A stretch of 64,000 nt of DNA from Felis catus (Eukaryota): positions 94,428,001-94,492,000 of the forward strand of contig NC_058368.1 of the NCBI RefSeq assembly GCF_018350175.1, in the 5' to 3' direction. Positions 41,201 through 53,515 of this stretch are shown piece by piece (position 1 is the stretch's first letter; every line of letters starts with the position of its first letter). The notes under the pieces are model-generated. The model saw only the letters and a program-made list of their open reading frames with translations, ran no database searches and was not told the DNA's origin. The position numbers and the translations under genes are program-made.

Positions 41201-44200
41201 CGGAAGCTTAACTGACTGAGCCACCCAGGAGCCCCTCAATTTCTTTACTTGTTGTAGTCTGTTGAGATTTTCTATCTCTTTTTGAATCAGCTTAAGTAAT
41301 TTGTGTATTTCAGAAAATTTGTCCATTTCTTTGAGTTAACTAATTTGCTGGCATATAATTGCTTATATTTTCTGTTATATTCCTCTTGATCTCTGTAAAG
41401 CTGATAGTAATGTCTCCACTTTAATTTCTGATTTCATTTTTTTATGTCTTCTCTCTTTTTTTTCTGTCAGTCTAACCAATGGTTTGTCAATTTTGTTGAT
41501 CTTCTCCGGGAACCATATTTATTTCCATTGATTTTCTCTATTATTTTTCTATTCTCTATTTTCTTTGTCTCCACTATAATCTTTATTATTTCCTATTTTC
41601 AACTTTAGTTTGCTAAATTTAGGTTACTGATTTGAGATCTTTATTCTTTTTTAATGTAGACATTTATACATTTATAGCTATCAACTTCCCTCTGAGCATT
41701 GACCCATTAGTTGTTTGAGATTTGTGTTGTTTAATTTCCACATATTTGTGAATTTTTCAATTTTCTTTCTGTTATTTATTTCTGACTTCATCTTGCTATG
41801 TTCAGAAAAGATGCTTTGAATAATGTCTTTCTTTTAAATTAATTGAGAATTGTTTTCTGGCCTAACATATGGCCTATCCATGGAGAAATCTCAGGTGTGC
41901 TTGAAAAGAATGGGTATTCTGCTGTTGTTTGGGTGGAATGTTGTGTATAGACTGTTAGACCTAGGTGGTTTCTTGTATTGTTCAAGTCTTCTAATTCCTT
42001 ACTTATTACCCAGCTGATTGATGTATCCATTATTGAAAGTGGGATGCTGAAGTCTCCAACTATTATTGTAGAATATTATTGTGGAACTGTCTAGTTCTCC
42101 CTTAGACTTTGTTCATTTTTGCTTTATGTATTTTGAGGATATGTTATAGATGTGTATAAATGTTTATAATTCTTACATCTTACTGTATTGAACCTCTTAC
42201 TGGTATGTAATATCCTTTTTCTTTTGTAACATTTTTTTGATTAAAAGTCTATTTTGTCTGATATTAGTATAGCCAGCTCAGTTCTCTTTTGGTTACTATA
42301 AGCATGGAATATTGTTTTCCCTTCTTTCACTTTGAACACATGTCTTTGGATCTAAAATGAGTCTCTTGTAGACAACAGATAACTAAGTCATGTTTAAAAA
42401 AAAATCATTCTGCCAATCTCTGTCTTTTGGTTGCAGAGTTTAATTCATTTACCTTTAAAGAAAATTACTATGAGGAGGGATTTAGTTCTGCCATTTTGCT
42501 ATACGTTTTCTATATGTCTTGTAATTTTTTTCCATTTCCCCCATTAGTGCCTTCTTTTGTGTTTAGTTGATATTTGATTGAAATATTTTGATTCCTTTCT
42601 CATTTCATTATGTGTATAATCTAAAGATCTTTGTAATATAAGGGGGATTATATTTAACATTCTAAAGTCATACCAACCTAATTTGAATTTATACAAACTA
42701 ACTTCAGTAACATACAAAGACTCTCTCCCATACAGTTCAATCCCCCCTTCCTGTTAATGATGACACAGATTACATCTTTATACATTGTGTGTTCAATAAC
42801 AAATTAATATTTGTCTTTATGCCTTTGTCTTTTTTTTTAAATGCTTATTTATTTTTGAGAGAGACGGAGTACTAGTGGAGGAGAGGCAGTGAGAGGTGGC
42901 CAGAGGATCTGAAGCAGGCTCTGTGCTGACAGCAGCGAGCCCACTGTGGGGCTTGAACTCAAGAATTCTGAGATCATGACCTGAACCGGAGTCAAATGCT
43001 CAACTGATTGAGCCACCCAGGCACCTCTATGCCTTGTCTTTTAAATCACATAGAGAATTAAAAAATGGACTTACAAACCAAAAATTACAATACTACTCGC
43101 TTTTATAATTGCCCATCTGTTTACCTTTCTCAGAGATCTTTATTTCTTCTTTGAGTTACTGCCCAGTGTCCTTTCATTTTAACCTGGACTCCTCTTAGTA
43201 TTTCTTGAAGGGTAGGTCTAGTGGTTCCAAACACCTTCAGCTTTTGTTTATCTGGGAATGTCTTATGTCTCCCTCATTTTTGAAGAACAGTTTTGCTGGA
43301 TATAGAATTATCAGTTGATAGGGATTTTTTTTCTGGCACTTTGAACAGATCAACCTTCTCATCTCCAAGATTTCTGATGAACAGTCAGCTGGTAGTCTTA
43401 ATGGGAGTCTCTTGTATGTGAAAAATCACATCTGCCTTGCTGCTTGCAGGATTCTCTCTTTGTCCCTGGCTGTCGACAGTTTGAGTATAATGTGTCTTGG
43501 TACGCATTTCTTTGAATTTATCCTACTTGCAATTTGTTGAGCTTTGTTAGATTTGTAGATTTGATTCTTGCAAAAAATTGGGGGAATTTTTGGACATTAT
43601 TTCTTCAAGTCATGTCTCTGCCCCCTTCTCTTGCTATTTTCCTTCTGGAACTTCTACAATCTGTACACTAGTCAGCTTGATGGTATCCCACAGTTTTGTT
43701 AAGCCCTCTTCATTTTTCTTTGTTCTTTTTTCCTTTATGTTACTCAGACTGAATAATCTCATTTAGCCTATCTTCAATCTCATTGATTATTTCTCCTTTC
43801 CGATAAAAAACAACAACAAAAAAAACAATGAAAAAAACTGCTGTTAAGGTCCTTTAGTGATTTTAAAATTTTCAGTTACAGCACTTTCAGCTCTAGAATT
43901 TCTATTTGATTCATTTTTTTTTAGGTCTTAATCTTTTTATTGATATTTTGCATTTGATGAGATATTATTCCCCTACTTCCCTTTAGCTCTTTAGACATGG
44001 TTTCTTTTGGTTCATTCAACCTTATTTAAAATAGCTAATTCAAAGTCTTTGTCTAATAAACCCAATGTTTGAAAGTCCTTAGGGACACTTTCTATTGATG
44101 ACTTTTCTCTGTGTATGGGCATACATTTGTGTTTCCTTGTATGTCTCATAATTTTTTGTTGCTGTGGGAAACACAATATGTTAAATAATATGACAAGTCT

Positions 44201-45440
44201 AAGATCTCTTGCCCTTTCAGGACTTGTTGCTGATTATGGTTGTAGTTATTTGTATGCTTAGAGGCTTTTCTGAACAAATTCAGTAAAGTCTGTATTCTTT
44301 GTTTTGGTGGCTACTTATGTCTTTGCTCATTAGCTTAGAGGTCAGCTAATGGTGAGACAGAGAGTCCCCTGAATACCTGGAACCAGTAAATCTCCCATTT
44401 TTTAAGATTTTTAAAAATGTTTTTATTTATTTTTGAGAGAGAGAGAGTGTGAGCAGGAGGGGCACAGGGAGAGTAGGGGACAGAGGATCTGAAGCGGGCT
44501 CTGCACTGACAACAGAGAGCCCAATGTGGGGCTTGAACCCATGAACCGTGAAATCATGACCTGAGCTGAAGTCAGACACTCAACCCGCTGAGCCACCCAG
44601 GCCCCCTAAATCTCCCGGGTTTTGCCAAGGGGCTCTGTGTAGGTGTTGAGGTATCCCTTCAACATTCAACCAGGCAGTTGACAACTCTGTCTTAGGCTTG
44701 ACATCCAGTTTGAGCAATGCCTCAAGATAAGCTGGATGTGCTTAGGGCTTTCTTGGGTCTTTTCCAAGCATGTGGGTAGCCTTAGTTGTGTGCACGGCCC
44801 ATAGCAGGCATATGGCCTTTTAGTTTTTCAGGAATCTGTTGGAGCTTTTCAAAGCCCCCTCTAGATATATAATTCCTGAACATTTCCTTTTAAACTTTCT
44901 GACAAGCTTAATGTTTGCTTCAATTGTTTGCCCGCCTCAGGCAGTTGCAAAATTAAACAATTGCCTATGGTTATTTTCAACCAGTACCCCTTAGGAAAGG
45001 CTGTTCACACAGACTGAACTGTGAATCAGGTCAAATAAAGATAACCTTGAGAGCAGTCTTCCAGGGAACCCCCCGGTAGTTCAAATATGACAATTCCTGA
45101 GAATGAGGTTTAAAGGGTCTTTAAAGGGACTATATGCTCCTTCCAGTGGTGGCCAGGCTACTGATTTGCACCGTGATAGCAGACTGTTGATTTTTAAGGC
45201 TACTGCAGAGCTGAGAAGAAGGAAATGAGAATAAAGCAAGTTAGAATGTTATAAAGCTCAGGTTTGTTTCTTTTTAACTGAGATTGGGCTGTTTGTTTAT
45301 TTTTGAACAAACACTCTCCAGATTGCTCCAAGATTTTGGCTATTTCCCAGAGTTCTGAAATAGTTAATTCAGACCATTTTTTCCCAGCATTCACCTTGCT
45401 TTCACGGAGGAGAGGATTTTCAATGCTCCTTCCTCTGCCT
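38260..45440 (-). mobile_element. Long, old L1M-type LINE-1 (3'UTR, ORF2, ORF1/5' region) interrupted by at least four SINEs
   Basis: L1M 3'-end motif near 38260. Degenerate ORF2 peptides on the minus strand (MIISIDTEK, LGIEG..LNMIKNIYEKPT, EYPFFSS, IGHMLG.K). Confidence 0.85.
39128..39340. repeat. AT-rich low-complexity expansion inside L1
   Basis: TATATTAATAAAATAACATATTAGTATTATT... almost free of G and C. Confidence 0.85.
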
Positions 45441-45791
45441 TAATTCTGGTTATTTGGTTTCTGACTCTTGATCAATTTATTATGTGTTGACTCAGGTCTG
45501 AAATTCTCCCTGGAGACCCCTAGCGTTAGTTTTGTTACTGGTAGTTTGCAGTTGGATTTATGGGTCTGATATACCTGGCTTGATTATTTAAAAGGGGTTC
45601 TCTAAGAGTTTCTCCTTTGAGCTTTCTGTAAACAAGGTTCCTCTCACACACCTTGGTGGACTGAGCTGGTGACACAGCAGGGACCATTTATGCAAATAAA
45701 GGCCCTTGGGGAGCTGGCACTGGTGATGTCTCTCTGACCTATACTTGTCTGTAATCTCTGTTGCTGCACTGTATCCTTTGCCTTTGTTTTC

Positions 45792-45823
<32 letters not shown>

Positions 45824-46784
45824 CGTGAGTGGGGAGGGGCAGAGAGAGAGACACAGAACTGGAAGCAGGCTCCAGGCTCTGAGCTGGCAGCACAGAGTAT
45901 GACGCGTTGCTCGAACCCACAGACCGTGATATCATGACCTAAGCTGAAGTCGGACGTTTAAACGACTGAGCCACCCAGGCGCCCCTCCTGTGCCTTTAAA
46001 TACAAGCCTATGTGAAGATACTCAGTGGAGTCTGGTGAATCCGTCCAAATAACCAAACTAGGAAAATCTCTGCAATAGTATAGCCATACAATGCAGCTGT
46101 AGAAATGAACGTGAAAGATATCTGTGGAGTGATATGGAAAGATCCCCAGAATATAATGTTAAATGAAAATGCAAGGTGCAGAGTGCACTTTACTACACTA
46201 TTTCTTATGTAAGGAAGGGGAGAGATACAAGAGTATGCAATTGTGTAAGGAAACACAGAGAAGATACACATAAAAACTATGGAAGCAGTGGAAGCAAGAT
46301 ATCTCAACATAACTGTCCATACTGTTTTGATTGTTGAGCCTTATGACTATATTACCCATTCAAAAAAATCAGATTTTCAAAGTAAATGAAGAAAAATGAA
46401 AAGAAAAATTGAGTCATATGGCCCAAGGGAAATAATAAAGTATCACAGAAGTTCATAATAAGTACCAAGATATAAAGATGGAAGAATAGGGGCACCCGGG
46501 TGGCTCAGTCTGTTAAGCATTGGACTCTTGGTTTCAGCTCAGGTCAGGATCTCGCTGTTCATGAGTTTGAGCCCTGCGACGGGCTGATAATGTAGAGCCT
46601 GCCTGGGATTCTCTCTCTCTCCCTCTCTCTGTCCCTCCCCCGTGTGTGCTCTCTCAATAAATAAATAAAGCTTTTAAAAATTTTTTTAAAAGATGCAAGA
46701 ATAATAGACATGTCAAAGCATAAGCATAAACAAAAGTAAATAGGTACAAAGATGCAAAGATGAAGTCCCATTTGGACAGTATAT

Positions 46785-46942
46785 AAAAGCCTGGACCTCT
46801 ACCCACTAGATGCCAATAGAACTCGCTCCCCCAATCCCCCACCCCCGCCAACCCTTCAAAGTTGTGACAATCGAAAGTCTCCAAAAATTGTCAAATGTCC
46901 AGGAGAGAGTCAGCAAAAGCACCTCCAGTTGAGAATCACTGC
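46785..46942. mobile_element. MER20 (hAT-Charlie) fragment
   Basis: CCTCTACCCACTAGATGCCA...GTTGTGACAA...GTTGAGAATCACTG. Confidence 0.8.
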
Positions 46943-49099
46943 TTTTAGCTGGTCTGAGTAGTGAGTGGATTTTCTGAGCATCTCCTTAAGTTTTTTGTTT
47001 GTTTTTAGGGGCACATGGGTGGTTCGATCTGTTAAGCATGGGTCTCTTGATCTCAGCTCAGGTCCTGATCTCAGGGTCATGAATTCAAGCCCTGCCTTGG
47101 GGCTTGGTGCTGGTCGTGAAGCCTACTTGAAAAAAAAATTTTTTTTTTTGTTAAAATTTTTAGTGAATGTATTCCTGGAAAATGGTCTATTTCCCAGAAC
47201 TATTCTTTCCCTGAAGTGTCAGAAATTTCATGTAATAATATTCTCCAGTTTTTAAGTAATTGACATAAGCATGACTCAGCTGGTGTGTTATTTAGCAACT
47301 TTTGAGTGACATGAAAGATTTCTCAGAATCATTTGGTGCCATTTTATTACTTTGAGTCTTTGTGTGGTGGCCAATTTCTATTTGTTTAATGACAAACTGA
47401 GGGGAGGAACACCTCTAATACGAATTTGAAGTAACTCAGTTACTGACTCCTTTTATCTCTTTAACATTTCCTTGGGAGTCTGGAATCCTTCAAGAAATTG
47501 TCCTGTGGGTGGTAAGGACAATTATTAGCTCTACATCTGGGACACCCCTCTAGCTCAGTAGCACACAGTTCCAACAGAAGGAGCTGTTTCTCCCTTAGCT
47601 CTACCCCAGGACCTTCTGGAAGTGATGTAGGTGGCCACCATTATTTTCAAATATGATCGTTTCATTGCTGAAGAAAGCAGGTCAAACCTGTAATCAGGAC
47701 ACGGGTCTGTCTACAGATTACAGCACAACTATCTGTGTGAGCTTGGGTCTAAGTTTTCTTCTTCCGCCCTGTCCCGTTCCGAAAGTTTATTTTTAACTTG
47801 ATTAATTTCATTGGGAAGGTCAATTTGCCAGGGGAATCACCTTGGTTTACCCCACCTCTGAACTCAGGTGGAAGGGTTTCCTCCTTGGATGGGACCTAGC
47901 AGGAGCGTGAAGACTGTTTTCTGGCAGAGATGGAAAATTTCTCTGAGTTCTGAAAGTCTGAAGATGGGATGCGCTCAAGTAAATCTTCAGCCAGCAAGAG
48001 AATTTTTAACCACCCTCTCGCCTCCCCCAGTGCCCCCGGAGTACGCGCAACCCCATCCGCAACGCACGCGAGCGCGTGCTTGCAGACTCGGAGCTCCGCT
48101 CCCAGGCCGGGGAACTCTCCCTGCAGCACGGGCTAAATAGCAAACAGATGCCCGGCAAGCCAAAGATCTCACCGACTGGGGCACCGCCTGGGACACGGGT
48201 CCCGCCCCGGCAGTTTCCGAGTGGAAAGGCTGGCCGCACTACTATGGCTTGAAACGGACCGGTTTGGAAATCAGAACGTCCCCTTTCCCAGGGACTACCC
48301 CTCTCCACCCCGCAGCCCCGGAGGAACTCCCCTTGCCTTTCGGTCGGCCCCTCCTCCAGCCCCACCTCGCCAGCTCGGAAAGGCTCGGGGACTCCTGGCC
48401 TTGTCTCCATCTTCGCACTCTCTGCCTTGGCTGCGTGAGTCCTGAGCTTATTCAGGAGGTGAATGTAGGCCCAACGGTTTGGCTCCGGGAGTTAGTTCTG
48501 ATGGCGTGGATGTCCTTCTGAGGGTCATTTCAGAGTGCGTCTCCAAAAGTCCCGATCCTTAAGCCCCTCACCCAACCCCTAGCCCTGGCTTCCCCAGCTG
48601 ATGGCCAGCAGGTGTGCTGTCCGCAGACCGTCCGGCAGTCAAGGAGCAGCGTGGGCCCTGCACTTGTCTCTTTTCCGACAACACCTGAGACCGCACTGGG
48701 GCGCATCGAACAAATCCCATGAATCCAAACATCCTTGTCGGAAGTGTCTAAGTTCGAGTGTGGTCCGACCGTCCCCTTAGCGCGTCGTCTCTGGAAGCCT
48801 CTTGTGCGAGGTCTTTTCCTTTGGACCCAAAGAGGCGCGCGCTGCGGTGCGCGGGATCCGCCTCTTCCCCAGGCTCCGGCGGGGCGGGGGTGGGTGGGCA
48901 GGGACCTGGATCTGATTAGCTGGGAGGGGGAAGCCGTGGTCCCAACCGTTCGCTCCTGTCTCCCCAGCTCCTCACGGAGGAGGAGGCGGGACGGTACAGA
49001 GAAGAAGAGCGAAGGGGGTCCCATCACTGAGCACCAGGGCCACCATTTGAGCCGCCGAGGTCTCCCGGCTGTCGCCCGGCCCTCGCCCCGGCCCCAGCC

Positions 49100-49797
49100 A
49101 TGGGGCCCCCTTCCAGCTCTGGCTTCTACGTGAGCCGCGCGGTAGCCCTGCTGCTGGCCGCGCTGGCCGCCGCGCTCCTGCTGGCGCTGGCGGTGCTCGC
49201 CGCCCTGTACGGCCGCTGCGCGCGCGTCCAGCCGTCCGACCTCCATCACAGCGGGGTCCCGGACGCCGCGTCCTCGCCGCGCGGCACGCAGGAGGAGCCG
49301 CTGCCCACCTGGCCGCCCCGCCCCACTCGTGAACCGGCGGGTACGGCCACCCCGGGCCACTGGCGACCCCCGGGCCCCTGGGACCAGCTGCGCCTGCCGC
49401 CCTGGCTCGTGCCTCTGCACTATGAGCTGGAGCTGTGGCCCCGGCTGCGTCCGAACGAGTTCCAGTCTCCGACATTGAGCTTCACCGGCCGCGTGAACAT
49501 CACCGTGCGCTGCAACGCGGCCACCGCGCGGCTGCTGCTGCACAGCCTCTTCCTGGACTGCGAGAGCGCCGAGGTGCGGGGTCCTCTGTCCTCTGGCCCC
49601 CGAGACGGCGCTCTGGGTCGCGTGCCCGTGGACGACGTGTGGTTCGCTTTCGACATGCAGTATATGGTGCTGGAGCTCGGCGCGACCCTGCAGCCCGGGA
49701 GCCGGTATGAGCTGCAGCTCAGTTTCTCGGGCCTGGTGTACCGGGACCTCAGGGAGGGGCTCTTCTTCAGCATCTACACGGACCAGGGCGAGCGCAG
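49100..49797 (+). CDS. LVRN: Exon 1 coding part (codons 1-232 plus 2 nt) of laeverin / aminopeptidase Q / Taqpep, a type II membrane M1 aminopeptidase
   Basis: Translation MGPPSSSGFYVSRAVALLLAALAAALLLALAVLAALYG...WDQLRLPPWLVPLHYELELWP...FTGRVNITV...YTDQGERR matches the laeverin N-terminus as I recall it: signal anchor at ~aa 14-36, Pro/Thr-rich stalk, and the M1 RLP..P.HY.L motif. Strong Kozak context GCCATGG. Canonical donor AG|GTAAG at 49797/49798 (phase 2); the ORF-track stop at 49799-49801 is intronic. Confidence 0.97.
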
Positions 49798-50164
49798 GTA
49801 AGGACAGGCCGGCCCCCGTCCCCCGCTCTAGCTGGGAGTCCCGCTGCTACCTGCGTCCCGGTGAGCGTCTGCTGCGCTTCCCCGCAAAGCCCCCACCCCT
49901 CGCGACGCTTGCTTGCAGAGCCAAAAGGCGAGCGCCTCCACCCCCCGCTGCCCTGCAGAGACCCTGCTTGTCTTAAAGCCTCTCGGACCGTGGTCCTGCC
50001 TCTGGCCAGTTTTCAGCCCCATCCCTGCCCGTCCAGTTTGTTTCTGTCCTTGCTTTTCTAAGGTCGCTACTACCCTAGAGGTCGATCATAGGCTTCAGAA
50101 AACCCCGCTTCTGCTCTAATCCAGGAGGGCTTGCTTCGCCACAGGGGGCAAATAAATCCCTTCC

Positions 50165-50318
50165 TATTCAGTTTGGTCCGCGGGCCGGCGGTCGCTGTAA
50201 TATCTGGGAGCTCGTCCGAAATGCAGATCTCCCCCCGCCCCACCTCGATCAAAGGGATCAGACTGCGTTTTAACGAGACCACCGGGGGATTTCTGGGGGG
50301 TAGAGGTGGAGAAGCCTG
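50165..50318. mobile_element. MER5A1-like hAT-Charlie element inside the CpG island
   Basis: TGGTCC...CTGGGAGCTCGTCCGAAATGCAGAT...CCCCACC...ATCAGACTGCGTTTTAACGAGA. Confidence 0.6.
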
Positions 50319-51247
50319 GGGCTGCCGCACCCACGCGCTCGCCGAAGTTCCCTCCCCCAGCGCCCCTCCGCGCTCAGCTCCCTGCTCTGCCTTTCCCCTG
50401 GGCTCTCCGTAGATGCTACTCTTGCAACAGGCAGACCCACGTCGGTGCTCTTCTCATTTTTCATTTCTTTTGCTGAGGGTTCTCCCAAATTTAAGAATCC
50501 CCTTTAATTCATCCCCTCCCACCCCCTGCCTGGGGAAGGCGTCTTGTTTTGGGGATGAGCAGCAGCACCCCCACCCCTCCCAAGCTTTTTGAACGGCTCT
50601 CGGGACGCTGCTTCCGCTGGGGGTGGGGGTGGGGGGAGTACTAACAAGAGACCTCCCCTCTGAGTTTGCAAGCTCACGCAGCTTACATGTGTTCTCTTTA
50701 CACTCATTTGGGATAATGTCTTCCACACGGAATGTTTCCAGCCCAAGAATTGCCTCTTTCCACGCCCTGAGATCACGCTACTGAACTCAGGAGAGCGCTG
50801 GGGGAAATCGTTTCTGCGGAAGACACCAGAAAGGTCTTTCTCCAGGCTGGCGAGCTTCTTCACTCACGCACTGGTGGGGCATTTGCGGTTTACACAACTG
50901 CATGTACTTTGCCTTTTATTATTAGAGAAAATGTTCTCAGATGTTCTCTGGGGGAGAGGAACCTAGTAAATTACCCCCTAAATCATCTCCTGCCCTGTTT
51001 TCAAAACGCCAGGGGTTTTAAAATAAGTTTAATAAGCTGCCTTAGCGGATGTGTAATCTGTAACTTTTGTTTTTAAGGACTGTATGCTTGGTTTGTTTGT
51101 TTGTTTGTTTTCTTTCAAAAATGCACCAGTGCTTGAAAAAGAGTTTTGGAAACTTTCTCATTGGGATGATGTGTCACGGGACTTAAGGACACCAGAAACC
51201 TTTTAAAGTGACTGTATGTGTATTTCAGAATGCAAGATTTTTAGAGG

Positions 51248-51250
<3 letters not shown>

Positions 51251-51332
<82 letters not shown>
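51251..51332. repeat. (CA)41 microsatellite in LVRN intron 1
   Basis: Uninterrupted CA run read directly. Confidence 0.98.
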
Positions 51333-51335
<3 letters not shown>

Positions 51336-53254
51336 GACCACTGCACATACACCTGACAGTATTTTCTGCTGTCAGCCAGTAAATCTTCATCTGCTATCCC
51401 ATCTCTTCCTTTTTCCTAATAAGGCCACGGCCTGGATGAACTACCCTAGAAATATGGGAAACGAAAGGCCCCTTTCCATTTTTCCATCGTGTGGCCAACT
51501 CGAGTGGTAACTAGAAACCATATTTTGAGAACATGAAAATTCAAACAAGCAGAAATCCTAATCAAGTCCCACAGATGTTCGTAGACCGATGTAGAGTTCC
51601 AAAACTGTGGCATCTTGAAGGGGCTGTTGCTCAGGAGTTGTTCTCCTGGGTCTCTGCTTTGCAAACCGCAAGGAAAGCAAACGGCCAGTGGAGCTGGAAG
51701 CCAAGGTCGCAAAGAACTTGGACAAAATGATGACTTATGGTGAAGCAGATTTTGGAAGCCCGGCAGGCCCGAGTCTGAGCTGTGTGCCTTGAGTCGGTCT
51801 CTTCATGTCTCTGAGCTATTGCCTCATTCACGGAATGGAGCTGAGTGTCAGCTTTTAGGGCGTTGTGAGAATTAACGAGAGAGAGGTCGGTGCCTGGCAC
51901 ACAGTCCATGCAGTGGCAGCTACTGTCGTTAGCTCACAGTGTAACTGTTAGGGGCAGCTTCTTGTCACCTAAGCGAGAAACCTGCCACGTTCTGGGTAGA
52001 TCTGAGTCGAAGAAGAAGAGGGCCCCCACCTGGGGCACAAACTACCTAATCCCAGCTGCCAGTGGTTGAACATGTTTGCCTCTCGTTTGGTGACCCCTTA
52101 TCACAGTCTGGACAGGCTGAAGCCTTTAAATAATTTTACTACTCAACACTAAGGGAAGAGAAAAAACCCTTCCAGAAAGTGCAAAGAGCATCGCCATCTC
52201 ACACTTCTAAGGCTTGGGTGAAGATTTTCTGGCTTAAGAGGTTGCTGGGGAAGCTTCTCTGCCTTTCTGCACGTGGCAGGTGCCATCCCATGTCTGCATG
52301 TAGGAGCCATCCACTGAGTGCCTTAGATGTGTGCTTCTGTGTGTGAGCGTGTGGTGCTCTCCTCATTCCATGTGCCAAAAGTTGAGAGCAAACTCCAAAT
52401 GTTAATGTTCCTTGAAGCGGTGTTTCCCAGACTTGATTCTCTGGCATATTGCTACCCAAGGTTTTGCCCTATTCACACACCTCTGGCCATATTTTTTTGC
52501 TTAAAAAAATTGCTCAATTTAAACAAAAATAATAAGTAGATTCATTAAAAGGCAATGCTACGTTATTATCATAAGCCAGAAACCATTTGGAATTTATAGT
52601 CATGCAACCGACCAATGCAATGAAAAACAATGTTACTGAGTTCTCCCTGCTTTTATTGTCTGCTGAAGAATCCGATGCCTCTGAATCCATGGGCTGCTCT
52701 CTCTTTCTTAAAAAGGGAAATTGGAACTAGGTGTTCAAGAGAAATAACACCAAACTAAGGTTTTTCTTTTGATCTTACCAGAATGATTCATAAAATTTGA
52801 AAAAGACTGACGTTCTCGTGTGTGAGTCAGATCTCTATGATAGTGTGTGAGGGCTACCCCAAATCCTTGCCCATCTACATGTGAGGAAATCCTGAATTAG
52901 AGTAGTGGTTCACAAACTTTTAAATTATATTAGAGGGGTGCCCAGGTGGCTCAGTTGGTTGAGCGTCGGACTTTGGCTCAGGTCATGATCTCGAAGTTCG
53001 TGAGTTGGAGCCCCGCGTTGGGCTCTGTGCTGACAGCTCAGAGCCTGGAGCCTGCTTCAGATTCTGTGTTTCCCTGTCTCTCTGCCCCATCCCCCTCTTG
53101 TACTCTGTGTCTCTCTCAAAATAAATAAACACTAAAAAAATTAAAAAAATATAAGAATAAAGCATATTTAAAAAATAAATAAAGTATATTAGAGTCACCA
53201 GAGGAGTTTATGAAACAGAGTCCTGGGGCACACCTTCAGAAATTCCAGATCCGT

Positions 53255-53515
53255 ACACATGTTCAGAGCAACATTAGTCAAAACGGCCACCAGGTGGAAG
53301 CAATGCATGCCCATCAATGGATGGATGGATGAACAAAAGGTGGCATATACATAAAAGGGAGTATTATTCCACCTTAAAAAGGAAGGAGATTCTGACCTAT
53401 GCTACAGCATAGATGAACCTTGAGGGCATTGTATAAGTGCCTAGAGTAGTTAAATTCAGAGACAGAAAGTAGAATGTAGGTTGCTAGGAGCTGGCAGGGG
53501 CAGGGAGAAGTTGTT
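53255..53515 (+). mobile_element. Old L1M 3'-region fragment (sense)
   Basis: ACATGTTCAGAGCAACATT...CCCATCAATGGATGGATGGATGAACAAAAGGTGG...AGAGACAGAAAGTAGAATG. Confidence 0.75.

Larger units (their letters stand above)
48030..50420. promoter_or_regulatory. CpG island covering the LVRN promoter, exon 1 and the start of intron 1
   Basis: Abrupt rise in GC and CpG density (e.g. CGCACGCGAGCGCG near 48063) against CpG-depleted flanks. GC box GGGGCGGGG at 48881-48889. No canonical TATA box seen near the ATG. Confidence 0.9.

Noticed and set aside
48530..49543. 337-aa antisense ORF and other ORFs overlapping the LVRN CpG island
   Set aside because: Non-ATG start, Arg/Gly/Ala-rich, no recognisable domain. 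Expected shadow ORFs in GC-rich, stop-poor DNA.
49798..49801. Stop codon ending the 233-aa ORF, which could look like a truncated LVRN
   Set aside because: The TAA is part of the splice donor GTAAG and is intronic, not a nonsense allele.
3347..53128. Recurrent small ORFs of the type MAQSVK..TSAQVMIS...SLEPASDSVSPSLS
   Set aside because: Translations of CanSINE copies, not a gene family.
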